Virus record (IMG/VR): IMGVR_UViG_3300017743_000009
Span: 1-59,973 of that record
Direction: 5' to 3' (one strand)
Source: a virus
Taxonomy: Duplodnaviria > Caudoviricetes
Length of the DNA stretch: 59,973 bases
Part shown: positions 36,901 to 46,621 of the stretch, one piece after another
Layout of the letters: each line of letters starts with the position of its first letter
Numbering within the stretch: the first letter of the stretch is position 1
Program-made: the position numbers and the translations under genes
Notes under the pieces: generated by a model
Told to the model about the DNA's origin: nothing
Database searches by the model: none
The model's input: the letters and a program-made list of their open reading frames with translations, nothing else

Positions 36901-38136
36901 GTTATCTCCATCACTAACAGAAGTACCAGCAGTGTCTCTTAATGATACTGTAGCTACTGTATTAGCAGCAAATGATCCTACTACTTGATCAAGCACCAAA
37001 TAGTTACCCATATTAAAGGTAATATATTCTCCTGTTGCGCTTGCAGATGCTGATGCTTTTTGAATAGCTATTCTAGTAGTATTAAATTGTTCTTGTCTTC
37101 TTCCATTTACATAATGAAGACCAGGTCCGATTAATAAATTAAAGTGAGAACTATTAGCAGTTTCAGCTTGCATTTCATTTACTTTAACTGTATAGTTGCC
37201 TGATTCTTCAAATGTTCTTGAAGCCATTTCATCATTAATAACATTATATTGTGTAGTTAATTTTTTAGATATGGGTAATCCATTCTGAAAATCCATAACT
37301 GCAAGGAAGTTAGCATTTGATCTTGCGTCTTGAGTAGGTATTGCTGTAAGGAATGGATTTAATTTTAATCTATCTGCGCCAGGAGCGTTCTCATTATTAT
37401 ATCCTGAAGCGTTATCTAATAATGTTGTATCACTATCTGAAGTAACTATTGATTCAGCTACATCAAAACCAATTGATACATTATCTGGTTTATTAGAATA
37501 TTTAGAAGCTACTACAGTATTAGATGATACTCTTAAAAAATGTCCTTTTGAATAAACAATACCTTCTGAAACTTTAACTGCATAACCTTGGCCAACAGCT
37601 GTAGCAGAATCAGTAACTTCTGAACCTGCAATAGTTAATGTAGTATTATTATATAATGACCCGCTATCGAAAGATGTGTTACTATGTACTTCTACTGTTT
37701 CTGTTGTAGTAAATGTCTTAGCACTACTTACCCCTGTGGTTAGGTAATCAATATATAGAGTAGTTAAGTTAGGGTCCTGAGATACAAGACCGTCTGCGTA
37801 TGCTACAATTTGAGCTGTTACATTTGAAACTGTACCTTTGGCATATAAGGTTAGATATGTAGATGGTGCAACTGGTTGTCCATCAACCTGCAGATCAGAA
37901 ACTTTAACATAATCAAAAGCTGGGTCAAGAGTAATAGAACAACCTTCAATAATTGTTCCTTCTTTATAGATATTATTACCAAACCTCTCTACTTGGTTTT
38001 GTAATATAGTTTGAAGCTGAGTAAGTTCCCTTGCTTGTAATGCTACGGCTGGTTTAAAAAGTACTCTCTGGAACTTTTTATCTTCATCGTAATCATCGTA
38101 ATATGGACTTACGTTGAAATTTGTATCTAAACTCAT
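33934..38136 (-). CDS. DUF4815/VrlC-like large virion (baseplate-peripheral) protein, N-terminal part
   Basis: NFNVSPYYDDY, RVLFKP..ALQARELTQLQTILQNQVERFG, APGADRLK, RTFEESGNY, RYTMKEIG..EKR..NLEYYT.LS.LE, RFKNG..VD. Confidence 0.88.
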   Translation of the reverse strand: MSLDTNFNVSPYYDDYDEDKKFQRVLFKPAVALQARELTQLQTILQNQVERFGNNIYKEGTIIEGCSITLDPAFDYVKVSDLQVDGQPVAPSTYLTLYAKGTVSNVTAQIVAYADGLVSQDPNLTTLYIDYLTTGVSSAKTFTTTETVEVHSNTSFDSGSLYNNTTLTIAGSEVTDSATAVGQGYAVKVSEGIVYSKGHFLRVSSNTVVASKYSNKPDNVSIGFDVAESIVTSDSDTTLLDNASGYNNENAPGADRLKLNPFLTAIPTQDARSNANFLAVMDFQNGLPISKKLTTQYNVINDEMASRTFEESGNYTVKVNEMQAETANSSHFNLLIGPGLHYVNGRRQEQFNTTRIAIQKASASASATGEYITFNMGNYLVLDQVVGSFAANTVATVSLRDTAGTSVSDGDNLGVAPGNQIGTASVRAFEYNDGVQGTAKAQYKLYIFNIKMSAGKAFRNTRSVHLNNKGTGDVVLENSRAVIKEKNLLPGVFAIPSPSVKSTSGSNFIFRTQQQTTATSNTFTVSAVTGVFPYSGTLSNSQKKDWVIYPTLGGGSHGGLANNVPINLDDVAITVSGSSATINLSGAVGSPITSTSFVVVHNEKKTNVAPIKKTKKQVFIKINCNTHGTTNNGPYSLGLPDVVSIDNVYVGTNFSESNPDNKSGYELEKNVFETHYGLSKLSVKSGTNLTTSNRILVKATVMQADSPADGKGFYSISSFKDTNGTDDLPITEIPVYESPNGLRGDLRNLIDVRPQVANTANVASTASGASTNPAETESFGSIEHFTAAPNQIFETDFNYYLGRIDKIALNEQGYLTTKRGTPSSRPVPPQDMPGALNLGTIVVPPFPSLTSKEARGTSRRNESISITPENIRRYTMKEIGKFEKRLKNLEYYTTLSMLEQKTQNMAITDSNGNDRFKNGILVDPATDFNTSDVDNREFSIGIDPTATEFVPRFRKEDIDLIVANTNNVIELDGAYVMSATESIIMEQRVATNHRPCTESFFKFKGKIKMNPTYDSGYDETVVGTKDIFVDSSAGMNDLLDNLNEFYPLTRTNIEKIGTSTDVQSETEVTTDTTFKHYGYWGYGGYNAWNNYYGSYGGYYGGYHGDWWGGKYYNPYSITTETAVTTTTTATTDTYLKTTQQLSMGYENSTSPVGDFVTDVSFSPFMRPKRIRVIATGLRPDTQHYFYFDNTDINANVAPGSIAAISLPTYTLLDKPKYVYRFGDYGDAVTTDEYGVLKALFDLPKETFLVGDRQLVIADVNSLTNLSSATSTASDTYNAYNYSVEKESITVTTRQPTFDISSSESTFEEQTIDVDIDITITNSYAYNWWWDEYYHENLLLPDTGGQDTSNTAYYPYTNNDIIILTEGGESTTGTGSKAADAITGGGGGKTRHTSASREHLK

Positions 38137-38144
38137 CTACTTCC

Positions 38145-40397
38145 CTAAAATTTTAATATTAATTTAAATGTTTCTGTTTGGTTATTATCTCTTGAAACCG
38201 CTGAAATATTTTCTTTATAGATTATTTCTCCTGATCCACTCTTTAATTGTGGTAGGGAAACATCAGTTATTTTAAACTCTGCAGCACTATTAGCTCCTGA
38301 TAAATATTTATCACCCCCAGAGACATCAGACAGTAAGAAGTTATTTCTAACATCAGTTAATTCAATAGATCCATCAGCTGCTCCAGGGTGTGAAAGAACA
38401 AAACCCGAAGCTAAAGATTCACCCTGTGAAACTTTCTCGTCTTCAGATAAACCAGTTCCTTGAGTACCTGAATAAGATACCTCTGATATAAATTTATGTG
38501 TCTGTCTAAATGTAGTAGTGGGCTGTGATACAGCGCTAAGAGTAGCATTACCACCTGTAAAGGTAATTGTCTCGCTTGAGTTAAAATAGCCTCTTATATC
38601 TTTTACAGCAATATCAGATGCCGCTACTGAAATAACAGTAGCAGTCGCGTTACTAGTACTACCTGTTACAACTAGCCCAGAACTTATCGCTGCTGAATTA
38701 GCTGAAAATGTTAGGGTACCGTTTGCAAATAACGGATCTTTTATAAGACCTATTTCCCTAAAATCATTATTAGCAATTAAGGTCCCTGATTCAGTATTAG
38801 ATAATGAAACACTAATACCTATTTTATTACCAAAAAGTTCAGAGAGATTATTTGATCCGTGCCCATTAGGTGGTGATATTACTGCTCGTGCGGCAGCTGT
38901 TGTGGTCAAATAACTGTTTGAAACTGCATTGGTTACAAAACCAGTATTTCCTTGTATTGCTATATTTGCATATGTATAATCAGATCCAACATTTATTACT
39001 TCTACATTAGCTACAACATTAGCATTTAATAAACTATTAACTCGTGCTCTTGCTACAGCTCCTGATCCATCTCCAGTAATTATAACTTGTGGACTGATAG
39101 AAAATTTACTATCTGAAGCTAAGGAATTATCTAATTCAGAAGCAAGTAAGACTCTTTTTTCATTTGCTGTAACTATATATTCATCGATTATACCTATTTG
39201 ACCTGCTCCAGTACCAGATTCAATATAAAAAGATGATCCTTTATAGAAGTCTGTATTAGAAGAAAGTTTATCACCTATCTGAGTTACAGCTGTTATATTA
39301 GATTTAGTAGATGATGTTGTGCCTGTTATTTCATCCGCTGTGTCTATTACCCCACTTATAGATGAGACAGTTAAATGAGTAGAATTAGAATCTATAACAA
39401 CACCATTAGCTGTACCTAAACTGGCTAAAATAGAAGCAGCTGCTGTATTAGAAGCCCCAGTAACTGTAACAGTTGGAGTACCTGAATGACTTTTACCTCT
39501 TGAAGTTAAGTTAACTCCAGTAATAGCTCCATTACTATCAACACTAGAAATACTAGCTGTAGCCACAGCAGTAGCTGACCCGGTTATAGCAATAGTATCT
39601 GATGTAGTAAAACCAGCACCCCCGTCTAATATTCTTAAACCATTTACAAATGAAGTAGTAACTTCCTCTTTAACAAACCCTGAGGTACTACCTACATTAA
39701 GAACGGTACTTGTTGTTCCAGATAAAGAGATTAATTTATTGTCTCCAGCTACACCAAATTGAGTAACAAACCCTTCTGCATAACTTGAGTAATTATTACC
39801 TCCATCAGTAAGCTTAATTACCTGAATAGATCCATCTATAGCATTTGTTATAACATCTGTGTTAGCAATAACTGGTATATAATCATCTGTTGTAAATTTA
39901 TCATATACTGATTCTGGAATTGTATACATATATTTCCATTGATAACCATCAGAAGCAGTTATATAAATTGTATCATTAGCATTTGTTTCTGTTAATGAGG
40001 GCGCTTGAATTGAATTAGCACCATAATTATTATCTATGCATTTGAAGACATTATAATTAGATGTTTCTTGTCTTATTACAAAAAAATCAGTTTCATCTAA
40101 ATGTGCAGTAGTATCATCATACATTGAATAGGCTGTTCCACTTGACCAATCTTTTCTGTTAACCATATGCATAACATCTACATTATCAATCTTTTTACCA
40201 CCAATCATATTTCTATATGATTCATAATGGATAGCATTAACAGACTCCTCAAATGCTGGAGTTACATCCCCGTTAGGAAAAGGTGTGTGCTTACCATAAT
40301 AAAGATACAGTATTGTATTAGCCGGTTCAGTTAATGACTCTTTAAACTGCTCAGCGCTCGAAACTTTAAAATTATTTGTAATAAAACTATGTGCCAT
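38145..40397 (-). CDS. gp8: Baseplate wedge protein, gp8-like, with inserted domains
   Basis: W.SGT.Y.MYDD, NVFKCIDNN, DGYQWKYMYTI, ISPPNGHG, NDFREIGLIKDP, SGEIIYKEN...QTETFKLILKF. Confidence 0.8.
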   Translation of the reverse strand: MAHSFITNNFKVSSAEQFKESLTEPANTILYLYYGKHTPFPNGDVTPAFEESVNAIHYESYRNMIGGKKIDNVDVMHMVNRKDWSSGTAYSMYDDTTAHLDETDFFVIRQETSNYNVFKCIDNNYGANSIQAPSLTETNANDTIYITASDGYQWKYMYTIPESVYDKFTTDDYIPVIANTDVITNAIDGSIQVIKLTDGGNNYSSYAEGFVTQFGVAGDNKLISLSGTTSTVLNVGSTSGFVKEEVTTSFVNGLRILDGGAGFTTSDTIAITGSATAVATASISSVDSNGAITGVNLTSRGKSHSGTPTVTVTGASNTAAASILASLGTANGVVIDSNSTHLTVSSISGVIDTADEITGTTSSTKSNITAVTQIGDKLSSNTDFYKGSSFYIESGTGAGQIGIIDEYIVTANEKRVLLASELDNSLASDSKFSISPQVIITGDGSGAVARARVNSLLNANVVANVEVINVGSDYTYANIAIQGNTGFVTNAVSNSYLTTTAAARAVISPPNGHGSNNLSELFGNKIGISVSLSNTESGTLIANNDFREIGLIKDPLFANGTLTFSANSAAISSGLVVTGSTSNATATVISVAASDIAVKDIRGYFNSSETITFTGGNATLSAVSQPTTTFRQTHKFISEVSYSGTQGTGLSEDEKVSQGESLASGFVLSHPGAADGSIELTDVRNNFLLSDVSGGDKYLSGANSAAEFKITDVSLPQLKSGSGEIIYKENISAVSRDNNQTETFKLILKF

Positions 40398-40398
40398 A

Positions 40399-43300
40399 TT
40401 AACTCGTTGTTATAGTTGCATTTGCAGATGCTAATGTCAACGTATCTGATTCTCTTACTTTAACTACCTCACCAAATAACTTAGTACCTGATACATGTAA
40501 TATTTCTTTAAGTTGCTCTTCATATTTAGCTAACGCGATACCAGTTCTTACAACATAAGAATATTCTTGATAGTAATTACTATCTTGGACTTTTGAAACA
40601 TCACTAATAAAACTTATTCTATCTCTCCATTCACCAGCACCTACTCCCTGTTTACCTGTAAATGCTTTTCCCGTTACGATAAATGGTGTATCATTGCTCT
40701 GCAATTGTACTATAGTATTAGCCTCATAACCATACCCAGAATCAATTATTTCTAAATTAGATGCAACTCCGTTTGCGGTGATAACAGTTGCGTTAATTAC
40801 AGCGTTTAATCCAATTGGTAAAGTTGTGTCGTCTTGGTAAGCAAATAAAACATCAGCAGTTGCTCCAGATGTTGAGCCTGTGAGCGATGCTCCAGCAACA
40901 AAAGCCTGGCCAAATTTTAATCTTCTTATTTTTACCTGCTCAACTTCATTAACAATAGATGTTGATTTATATCTTCCTGTAGCAATTGAAGTTATAGTAT
41001 TAGCAGTAACACCTGAAGAATCGGGATTAACAGCAGCATTAGATGAAAGAGTTATAATATCTGTAGCATCATTAAAGGTACCTATTGGATTTGATATTTT
41101 AATATGAGTAGCATTAGATGATTCAATAACACCAGTAGCTCCTGTAGCTACTTGAGAGACACCTTCTCCTATAGTAATAGCAGCTCCTCCATCTAGAGTT
41201 ACATTACCACTATGTAAAACTAAGAACCCAGCTAAAGATAAAGTCTGGCCTAAATTTTCACCAGGAATAAATAACCCGTTTCTATTACCTATAACACATA
41301 CTATATCTCTTCTATTAAACCCAGCTACATAAGGATTATGAGCAAGAGGAACAGGATCTAAATTATAACTGCTTCCTGGATTAATAAAGTTAAGTGATTC
41401 TATAGTACCAATAGTAAATGTACTAAACGTAAGGGCATTATATAATATAGTAGTTAAATCTGCCTGACCTGATTTTGGTAAGCCGTAGCCAAAATCCATA
41501 TTTACGGATAATGAAGCACCGGTGCCTGTTGATGTTGATATACTCATTGTGGCATTAGAGTCGTATTCTGAGCCAGGTTCATTTAAAGTTATACTATTTA
41601 CAGAACCAGAATTAGCTGCATTAGCTGAGAATATTCCTGTTGCTGTTACGTTAGGTGATCCACCAGAAAATGTAACTGTATCTGATGGAGCATATCCTGT
41701 ACCACCCATTAAAGATGAAGAAGTAACATTAGCAAATGCATTAACACCTTCATTAGTTATAGTTCTACTATTAGTAAAAGTCCCGTTTGATAAATTTCTA
41801 GCTACTATATGAGTAGCATTAATTGATTTAATAGTTCCTACAGCTCCAATTGAATTACCGGATGCTCTCATTCTTGCCTTAAGTACAGCTCCAGCTCCAG
41901 AAGAAGTAATAGTAACTGCAGGCACACTCTCATATTGAATACCGTTATTAGATATTTCTATTCCTTGAACTGTTCCACTACCATCTGTTACAATATTAGC
42001 TGTAGCGACAGTCCCTGGACTGCCTCCTGTAAATACAACTGTATCTGAATTACTATACCCTGAACCTATTGTTGTAACTGCAATACTATTCACTACTACA
42101 TTAGCTTCAAATATATAATCACCAGCTGAAAAGGTACCGTTAGCTGCAAAAGGCATTCCGGAATTAGCTATATTATTAATACCTATTTTAGTATCTATAG
42201 TTACTGAATCAACAAATCCTACTCCTGAGTTTGATCCGTTAACATGCACATTAGATGTTGGTACTGGATTTAATGCTGTATTATTAGCTCCAATAATATC
42301 AGTAAATAGGGATAGTGTTTCTTGTGTGCCAAGAGAACCAACTTCGTAATCACCACCAATTCCTGTACCTGTATTTGCTACGTTAGCATAAGTATTACTA
42401 GATGACCCAACAACATATGTATAAGGTCCTTTAAAAAACGGTTTATTGTTTGCATTTAAACCTATAACATTAGCAGTTTCTCTTACCTCTCTTCCAATAA
42501 ATTCACCTGTAGCTGTAGCATTAACAACTGTATCAATTGCAACATTACTTACAACATTACTGATTGCACCAACTCGAATAAAATCAGCATGAGCAAAATT
42601 ACCGTTAGCTACCATAATAGTAACTAAATTACCAGTACCGGTCTGTACCCAATGCCCGTTAGCAACAGCTGTATTTGACGCAATGTTAACACCAACTAAT
42701 AAACTGCCACTATTAGCTGCATTTATAAAATTAGTTGCTGTCATTCCAGATGTCCAGGTAACATTAGCAAGCGGTTGACTTACTGTTTCAAATAAGAAAA
42801 AGTCATCTATTTCTGTATTAGAGTTACTAGTATTATTAACTACTAAAGTAGCGTTAGAAGATAGCGTACGTGTATAAGTATTAGATACTGTATATCCATA
42901 CCCTCCATTAGCTAATGTATAATCTACTTTACCTGTAGCATCTTGTACCCCGGTAATTTTTGCTCTACCGTCTTTACCAGAAGTAGATATAACATTAAAA
43001 GTATCTCCTACTTGAAATAATCTTCCACCATTTGTGATACTTATATTAGTAAGTGAACCTACCATTTTTGGAGCATCTTCAATAAGTCCATCATCACTTA
43101 TAAATTCACCAGTTTGAAAATTACCTACTACATTAGATAAGAATGCTAAAGTAACTCTTTTACCAGTTATTACTTTAGTTATAACTGATTCTACAAACGC
43201 TGTGGCAAGTGAGCTAGATCCAATTACTTCTTTACCAATATAGTTACGAGTTCTTTCTGATGGTGAAAGCTCTAAGTATACTGGTTTTGTAAATGAACTC

Positions 43301-43686
43301 TGTGAAGGAATTAAAACTCTTGAACTAGGTAAGAAAACTTCTATTTCTTGACCAAATAACATTCTAATTAAAAGTTCGATAGAACGTATACTGCCCTTAG
43401 ATTGATAAAGGTCACTAATGTGTTTGATCATGAATCGTTCATCTGATTCAGATTCTAATTGTGTGCCTTGTAGAAATGTTTTCTTAAAATGAATTATAAA
43501 ATCTGAGATGGTGTCATCTATATCTCTGTTTTTACTTAAGTTACGAAGAACATTAGTTGTTTGATTAGATGTTTCAAGCCATTCATAATAAGCAAGTACA
43601 AATTGCACAATTTCTGAGTTAGATTCTCTGAATATTTCTGGGAATTGATCTTCAATAAAGTTTGAAATAAACTCAGGACTATACAT
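40399..43686 (-). CDS. gp7: Baseplate wedge initiator, gp7-like
   Basis: QFPEIFRE, F..AYYEWLE, LYQSKGS..SIELL.R.LFG; C-terminal QDSNYYQEYSYV and LH.SGTKLFG; between gp6 and gp8. Confidence 0.75.
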   Translation of the reverse strand: MYSPEFISNFIEDQFPEIFRESNSEIVQFVLAYYEWLETSNQTTNVLRNLSKNRDIDDTISDFIIHFKKTFLQGTQLESESDERFMIKHISDLYQSKGSIRSIELLIRMLFGQEIEVFLPSSRVLIPSQSSFTKPVYLELSPSERTRNYIGKEVIGSSSLATAFVESVITKVITGKRVTLAFLSNVVGNFQTGEFISDDGLIEDAPKMVGSLTNISITNGGRLFQVGDTFNVISTSGKDGRAKITGVQDATGKVDYTLANGGYGYTVSNTYTRTLSSNATLVVNNTSNSNTEIDDFFLFETVSQPLANVTWTSGMTATNFINAANSGSLLVGVNIASNTAVANGHWVQTGTGNLVTIMVANGNFAHADFIRVGAISNVVSNVAIDTVVNATATGEFIGREVRETANVIGLNANNKPFFKGPYTYVVGSSSNTYANVANTGTGIGGDYEVGSLGTQETLSLFTDIIGANNTALNPVPTSNVHVNGSNSGVGFVDSVTIDTKIGINNIANSGMPFAANGTFSAGDYIFEANVVVNSIAVTTIGSGYSNSDTVVFTGGSPGTVATANIVTDGSGTVQGIEISNNGIQYESVPAVTITSSGAGAVLKARMRASGNSIGAVGTIKSINATHIVARNLSNGTFTNSRTITNEGVNAFANVTSSSLMGGTGYAPSDTVTFSGGSPNVTATGIFSANAANSGSVNSITLNEPGSEYDSNATMSISTSTGTGASLSVNMDFGYGLPKSGQADLTTILYNALTFSTFTIGTIESLNFINPGSSYNLDPVPLAHNPYVAGFNRRDIVCVIGNRNGLFIPGENLGQTLSLAGFLVLHSGNVTLDGGAAITIGEGVSQVATGATGVIESSNATHIKISNPIGTFNDATDIITLSSNAAVNPDSSGVTANTITSIATGRYKSTSIVNEVEQVKIRRLKFGQAFVAGASLTGSTSGATADVLFAYQDDTTLPIGLNAVINATVITANGVASNLEIIDSGYGYEANTIVQLQSNDTPFIVTGKAFTGKQGVGAGEWRDRISFISDVSKVQDSNYYQEYSYVVRTGIALAKYEEQLKEILHVSGTKLFGEVVKVRESDTLTLASANATITTS

Positions 43687-43687
43687 A

Positions 43688-45502
43688 TTATAATCTCTCT
43701 TGTATTACATTTAAAGAAATATCTTCAGAATTTAATTGCAAAATATTTGATTGCTTACTTAATAAGTCTTTATTTTTAGCCCTTGCAAATATTTTTAAGA
43801 TACCGCCACTGAAAGAGGGAATTAGTATAGAGTTAATATCTACTTTTCCAGTAGTATAATTTACAGTACCAGCATCAGATAATAGTTCAACAAACTTATT
43901 AGCTGTATCTAATTTTACTATTTTTAAGCCACCTGTTCCATTATCAATAAAGAAAGCATTTGTATCTGTTTTATAGGTAAATAAAGATGATTCTATAGCA
44001 GGTAAGTATAAAGCTTTAGATGTAGTAGAATTAAAAATATCATCTGCTTGTAGCTCATTATCAAAAAGCAATTCATAAGAAGCTGCCAATAATGAATTTG
44101 GGGTTATTTTCTTAAATAGCCTTAATTTTAATTCTGAAGACAGTATACTATTATCACTGTTATCCATTGAATTTAATGCTTTAGAGTTTCTATACTTAGA
44201 ATTAAAGGCGTTAATATTTGATTCTGCAAAGTTAAGAAGTGCATTTTGAGCTTTAGTTTTAATAGTATCAGAGTTCTGTGCAGTAACAGATATATTATAT
44301 TTAATATCACTCACTACTTCTAAAAATGTAAATTCTGGTTGAACAACTTCTACATCTATACCCACTGGTGTTTTTTTAGTAAAGAAGTCTGATATAGATT
44401 TTTTAGTAGACGCTGGAACGCCGTCTGCATTTTTCATGTCAACAGCTAAAATAACTTTTCCATATCTAGGTGGGTTTAATTGCTCGCCACCGAAGGCTAA
44501 AATATTTTGTATTTCAGGAAATTCTCTCTTACCTAGTATTTCATAATCATTGCTTGTAACTGCTCTTTCTTGAACTTGAAAAGCTCTTGGAGCATTTTTT
44601 CTTATACTTTCAATAGATTCTGCTTCTGCACCTCCAGAAGAATTGGTAACAGTTGTTACTGTAACGTTACCATATTGTCCTGAAACTAAATCTAAATTAG
44701 AAAATACTTTACCATTATTACCTTCTTTCTCTGATGTAATTCTATATTTAACTCTTACTAAATTACCTGGAGTCAATTTCTTACCGAAAGTACCGTCACC
44801 GAAAGAAACTCTAAATTTATCAGCTTTAGCTGGTTCAATGAAATAGGCGTTTGAACTAGCACTAAGTCCAAATAAAGTATCTGCTTTAGACCAAACCGCA
44901 TTAGTGCTTGATGTATTAGATAATTTAATATTAACTTCTAAATGATCTGTATCTATATCTTTATTAGATATTTCAGCTATAAAGTTATTTGCTGTGCTTA
45001 CAACAAATGTTTCTTCAATAATAGTACCTTCATATACTTCTATATTATTACCAATCCATTCGGCGCCGCCTGTGGTATTGGCTGACTTAGTAATAATCAA
45101 GTCACTCTGGGTTGAAAATGTTTTTACTTTACCGTTTATAGTTGATTGAAATTTATGCCACTTTGGAATTGAGACTGAGCCTGGGTCATTATTAGGAAAG
45201 ACCTTAACATTAATAACAGCTTTAGCTGAACTAGAAGATTTAGGTACGTAATTTAATTCCTTAGCATGTGAAATTATACTGTCTTTTATTTGAGCTGTAT
45301 CTAAGAACATTTCATTAGCTATCATATTAGTATAATGATTATTTAAATAGGTGTTATATGATAGTACATCTAGTAAAGTACTAATATTTGACCCTTCAAA
45401 GTCATAATCTTTAATATTAGCCTGTGTTCTTAAAAAAGTTTTTAGTTCATTTTTTATAGTATCAAAATCTAAATTTACTACTGATGTTACCGTATTTGCC
45501 AT
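43688..45502 (-). CDS. gp6: Baseplate wedge protein
   Basis: LDFDTIK, DYDFEGSN..LLDVL.YNTY, NEMFLDTA, FGDG.FG, ESIESIR.NAP...Q.RAVT..DY. Confidence 0.95.
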   Translation of the reverse strand: MANTVTSVVNLDFDTIKNELKTFLRTQANIKDYDFEGSNISTLLDVLSYNTYLNNHYTNMIANEMFLDTAQIKDSIISHAKELNYVPKSSSSAKAVINVKVFPNNDPGSVSIPKWHKFQSTINGKVKTFSTQSDLIITKSANTTGGAEWIGNNIEVYEGTIIEETFVVSTANNFIAEISNKDIDTDHLEVNIKLSNTSSTNAVWSKADTLFGLSASSNAYFIEPAKADKFRVSFGDGTFGKKLTPGNLVRVKYRITSEKEGNNGKVFSNLDLVSGQYGNVTVTTVTNSSGGAEAESIESIRKNAPRAFQVQERAVTSNDYEILGKREFPEIQNILAFGGEQLNPPRYGKVILAVDMKNADGVPASTKKSISDFFTKKTPVGIDVEVVQPEFTFLEVVSDIKYNISVTAQNSDTIKTKAQNALLNFAESNINAFNSKYRNSKALNSMDNSDNSILSSELKLRLFKKITPNSLLAASYELLFDNELQADDIFNSTTSKALYLPAIESSLFTYKTDTNAFFIDNGTGGLKIVKLDTANKFVELLSDAGTVNYTTGKVDINSILIPSFSGGILKIFARAKNKDLLSKQSNILQLNSEDISLNVIQERL

Positions 45503-45903
45503 TATCGTACCCTATTTAAAACCAAATCGAATGTGACTGGTCTTTCTGCGTTTATTGCTTGAAATGTAATATAAACTTTTAAACTATGCTCATCTTCATT
45601 ACTCTCAACTAAAACATCCAATATCTGACATCTAGGTTCAAAGTTCTCAATAGTCTCTAAAACTGCCTCTTTTAAATTATACTGCATTTGAGGAGTAGCA
45701 AGTTCAAACAATAAAGATCTAATATTAGAGCCTATTTCTGGTTGAAAAGGTCTTTCATAGAAATTTGTTTGTAATAAATTTATTATAGAAGTCTCTATAG
45801 CTTTTTCATTTACACTTAAAATTACATCATCATTAGCTGGATTAACAGCTAAGTCAGACCTAAGATCTGAAAAAAAGATATTGTTTGTAATAGTCGTAGC
45901 CAT
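45502..45903 (-). CDS. gp25: Baseplate wedge subunit
   Basis: NL..TN..ERPFQPEIGS...LLFE and IENFEPR motifs. Confidence 0.93.
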   Translation of the reverse strand: MATTITNNIFFSDLRSDLAVNPANDDVILSVNEKAIETSIINLLQTNFYERPFQPEIGSNIRSLLFELATPQMQYNLKEAVLETIENFEPRCQILDVLVESNEDEHSLKVYITFQAINAERPVTFDLVLNRVR

Positions 45904-45908
45904 ATTTT

Positions 45909-45916
45909 TATTTATC
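45909..45916 (-). promoter_or_regulatory. Late promoter GATAAATA, 5 nt upstream of the gp25 ATG
   Basis: GATAAATA-AAAAT-ATG; no SD between box and start. Confidence 0.6.
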
Positions 45917-45923
45917 TTACGTT

Positions 45924-46619
45924 CTACATGCGTATAAATGTAGATATGCTTTTAATCTGTTCTTTTTCTTGCTCTACTTTTTCTATATCTATAGAAGCTG
46001 TAATATTTGCTAAAGCAGATGTTAATTTATCTTGATCAACTGACTCAACCAACTCACTGGCAGCCTTTTCAAGTCCTGCTGTATCAACCGATATTGCAAA
46101 TGCAGCTATTGATTCTGCGTCTATTTCCGGTGCTGTTGCAGGAATGCCTTTTATTTGAAATACTCCATCTATCTTCTCTACATTAGGTACCATTTTGCAA
46201 AGATTATCTATATCAATTTTACCTGCTTTAATATCAGCTGTTAAACTAGTTAAATCCATATCAGGAAACTTATCTTGTAAGCTATCTAAATTTTTTAACG
46301 CTTGGGCTTTATCAAGTGGATTATTACTTTTTATTTTATTAATAATACTGCCTACTTCTAATTGTAAAGATAATTCTGGTAACTTTAACTCTGGTATTTT
46401 AAATTCTGGAATAGTAGGCAATTCTGGTAGCTCTATAGTAGGGAGCATCTCTTTTAGACCACCAGCTATACTACTTACCTGCGCATCTAAAGTTGCTCCT
46501 AAACTATCGAGACTTCCCATTATACCTTCTGCACCTGAGGTGAGCCCGTCAACTGCTCCCATAGCTGCATCCTTTAGTCCATTTAATTTAGTTAATCCTT
46601 TACCTGGTCCACATGCCAT
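45924..46619 (-). CDS. Hypothetical protein between gp5 and gp25
   Basis: 231-aa ORF filling the gap co-directionally; LPTIELPELPTIPEFKIPELKLPEL low-complexity segment. Confidence 0.7.
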   Translation of the reverse strand: MACGPGKGLTKLNGLKDAAMGAVDGLTSGAEGIMGSLDSLGATLDAQVSSIAGGLKEMLPTIELPELPTIPEFKIPELKLPELSLQLEVGSIINKIKSNNPLDKAQALKNLDSLQDKFPDMDLTSLTADIKAGKIDIDNLCKMVPNVEKIDGVFQIKGIPATAPEIDAESIAAFAISVDTAGLEKAASELVESVDQDKLTSALANITASIDIEKVEQEKEQIKSISTFIRM

Positions 46620-46621
46620 TT

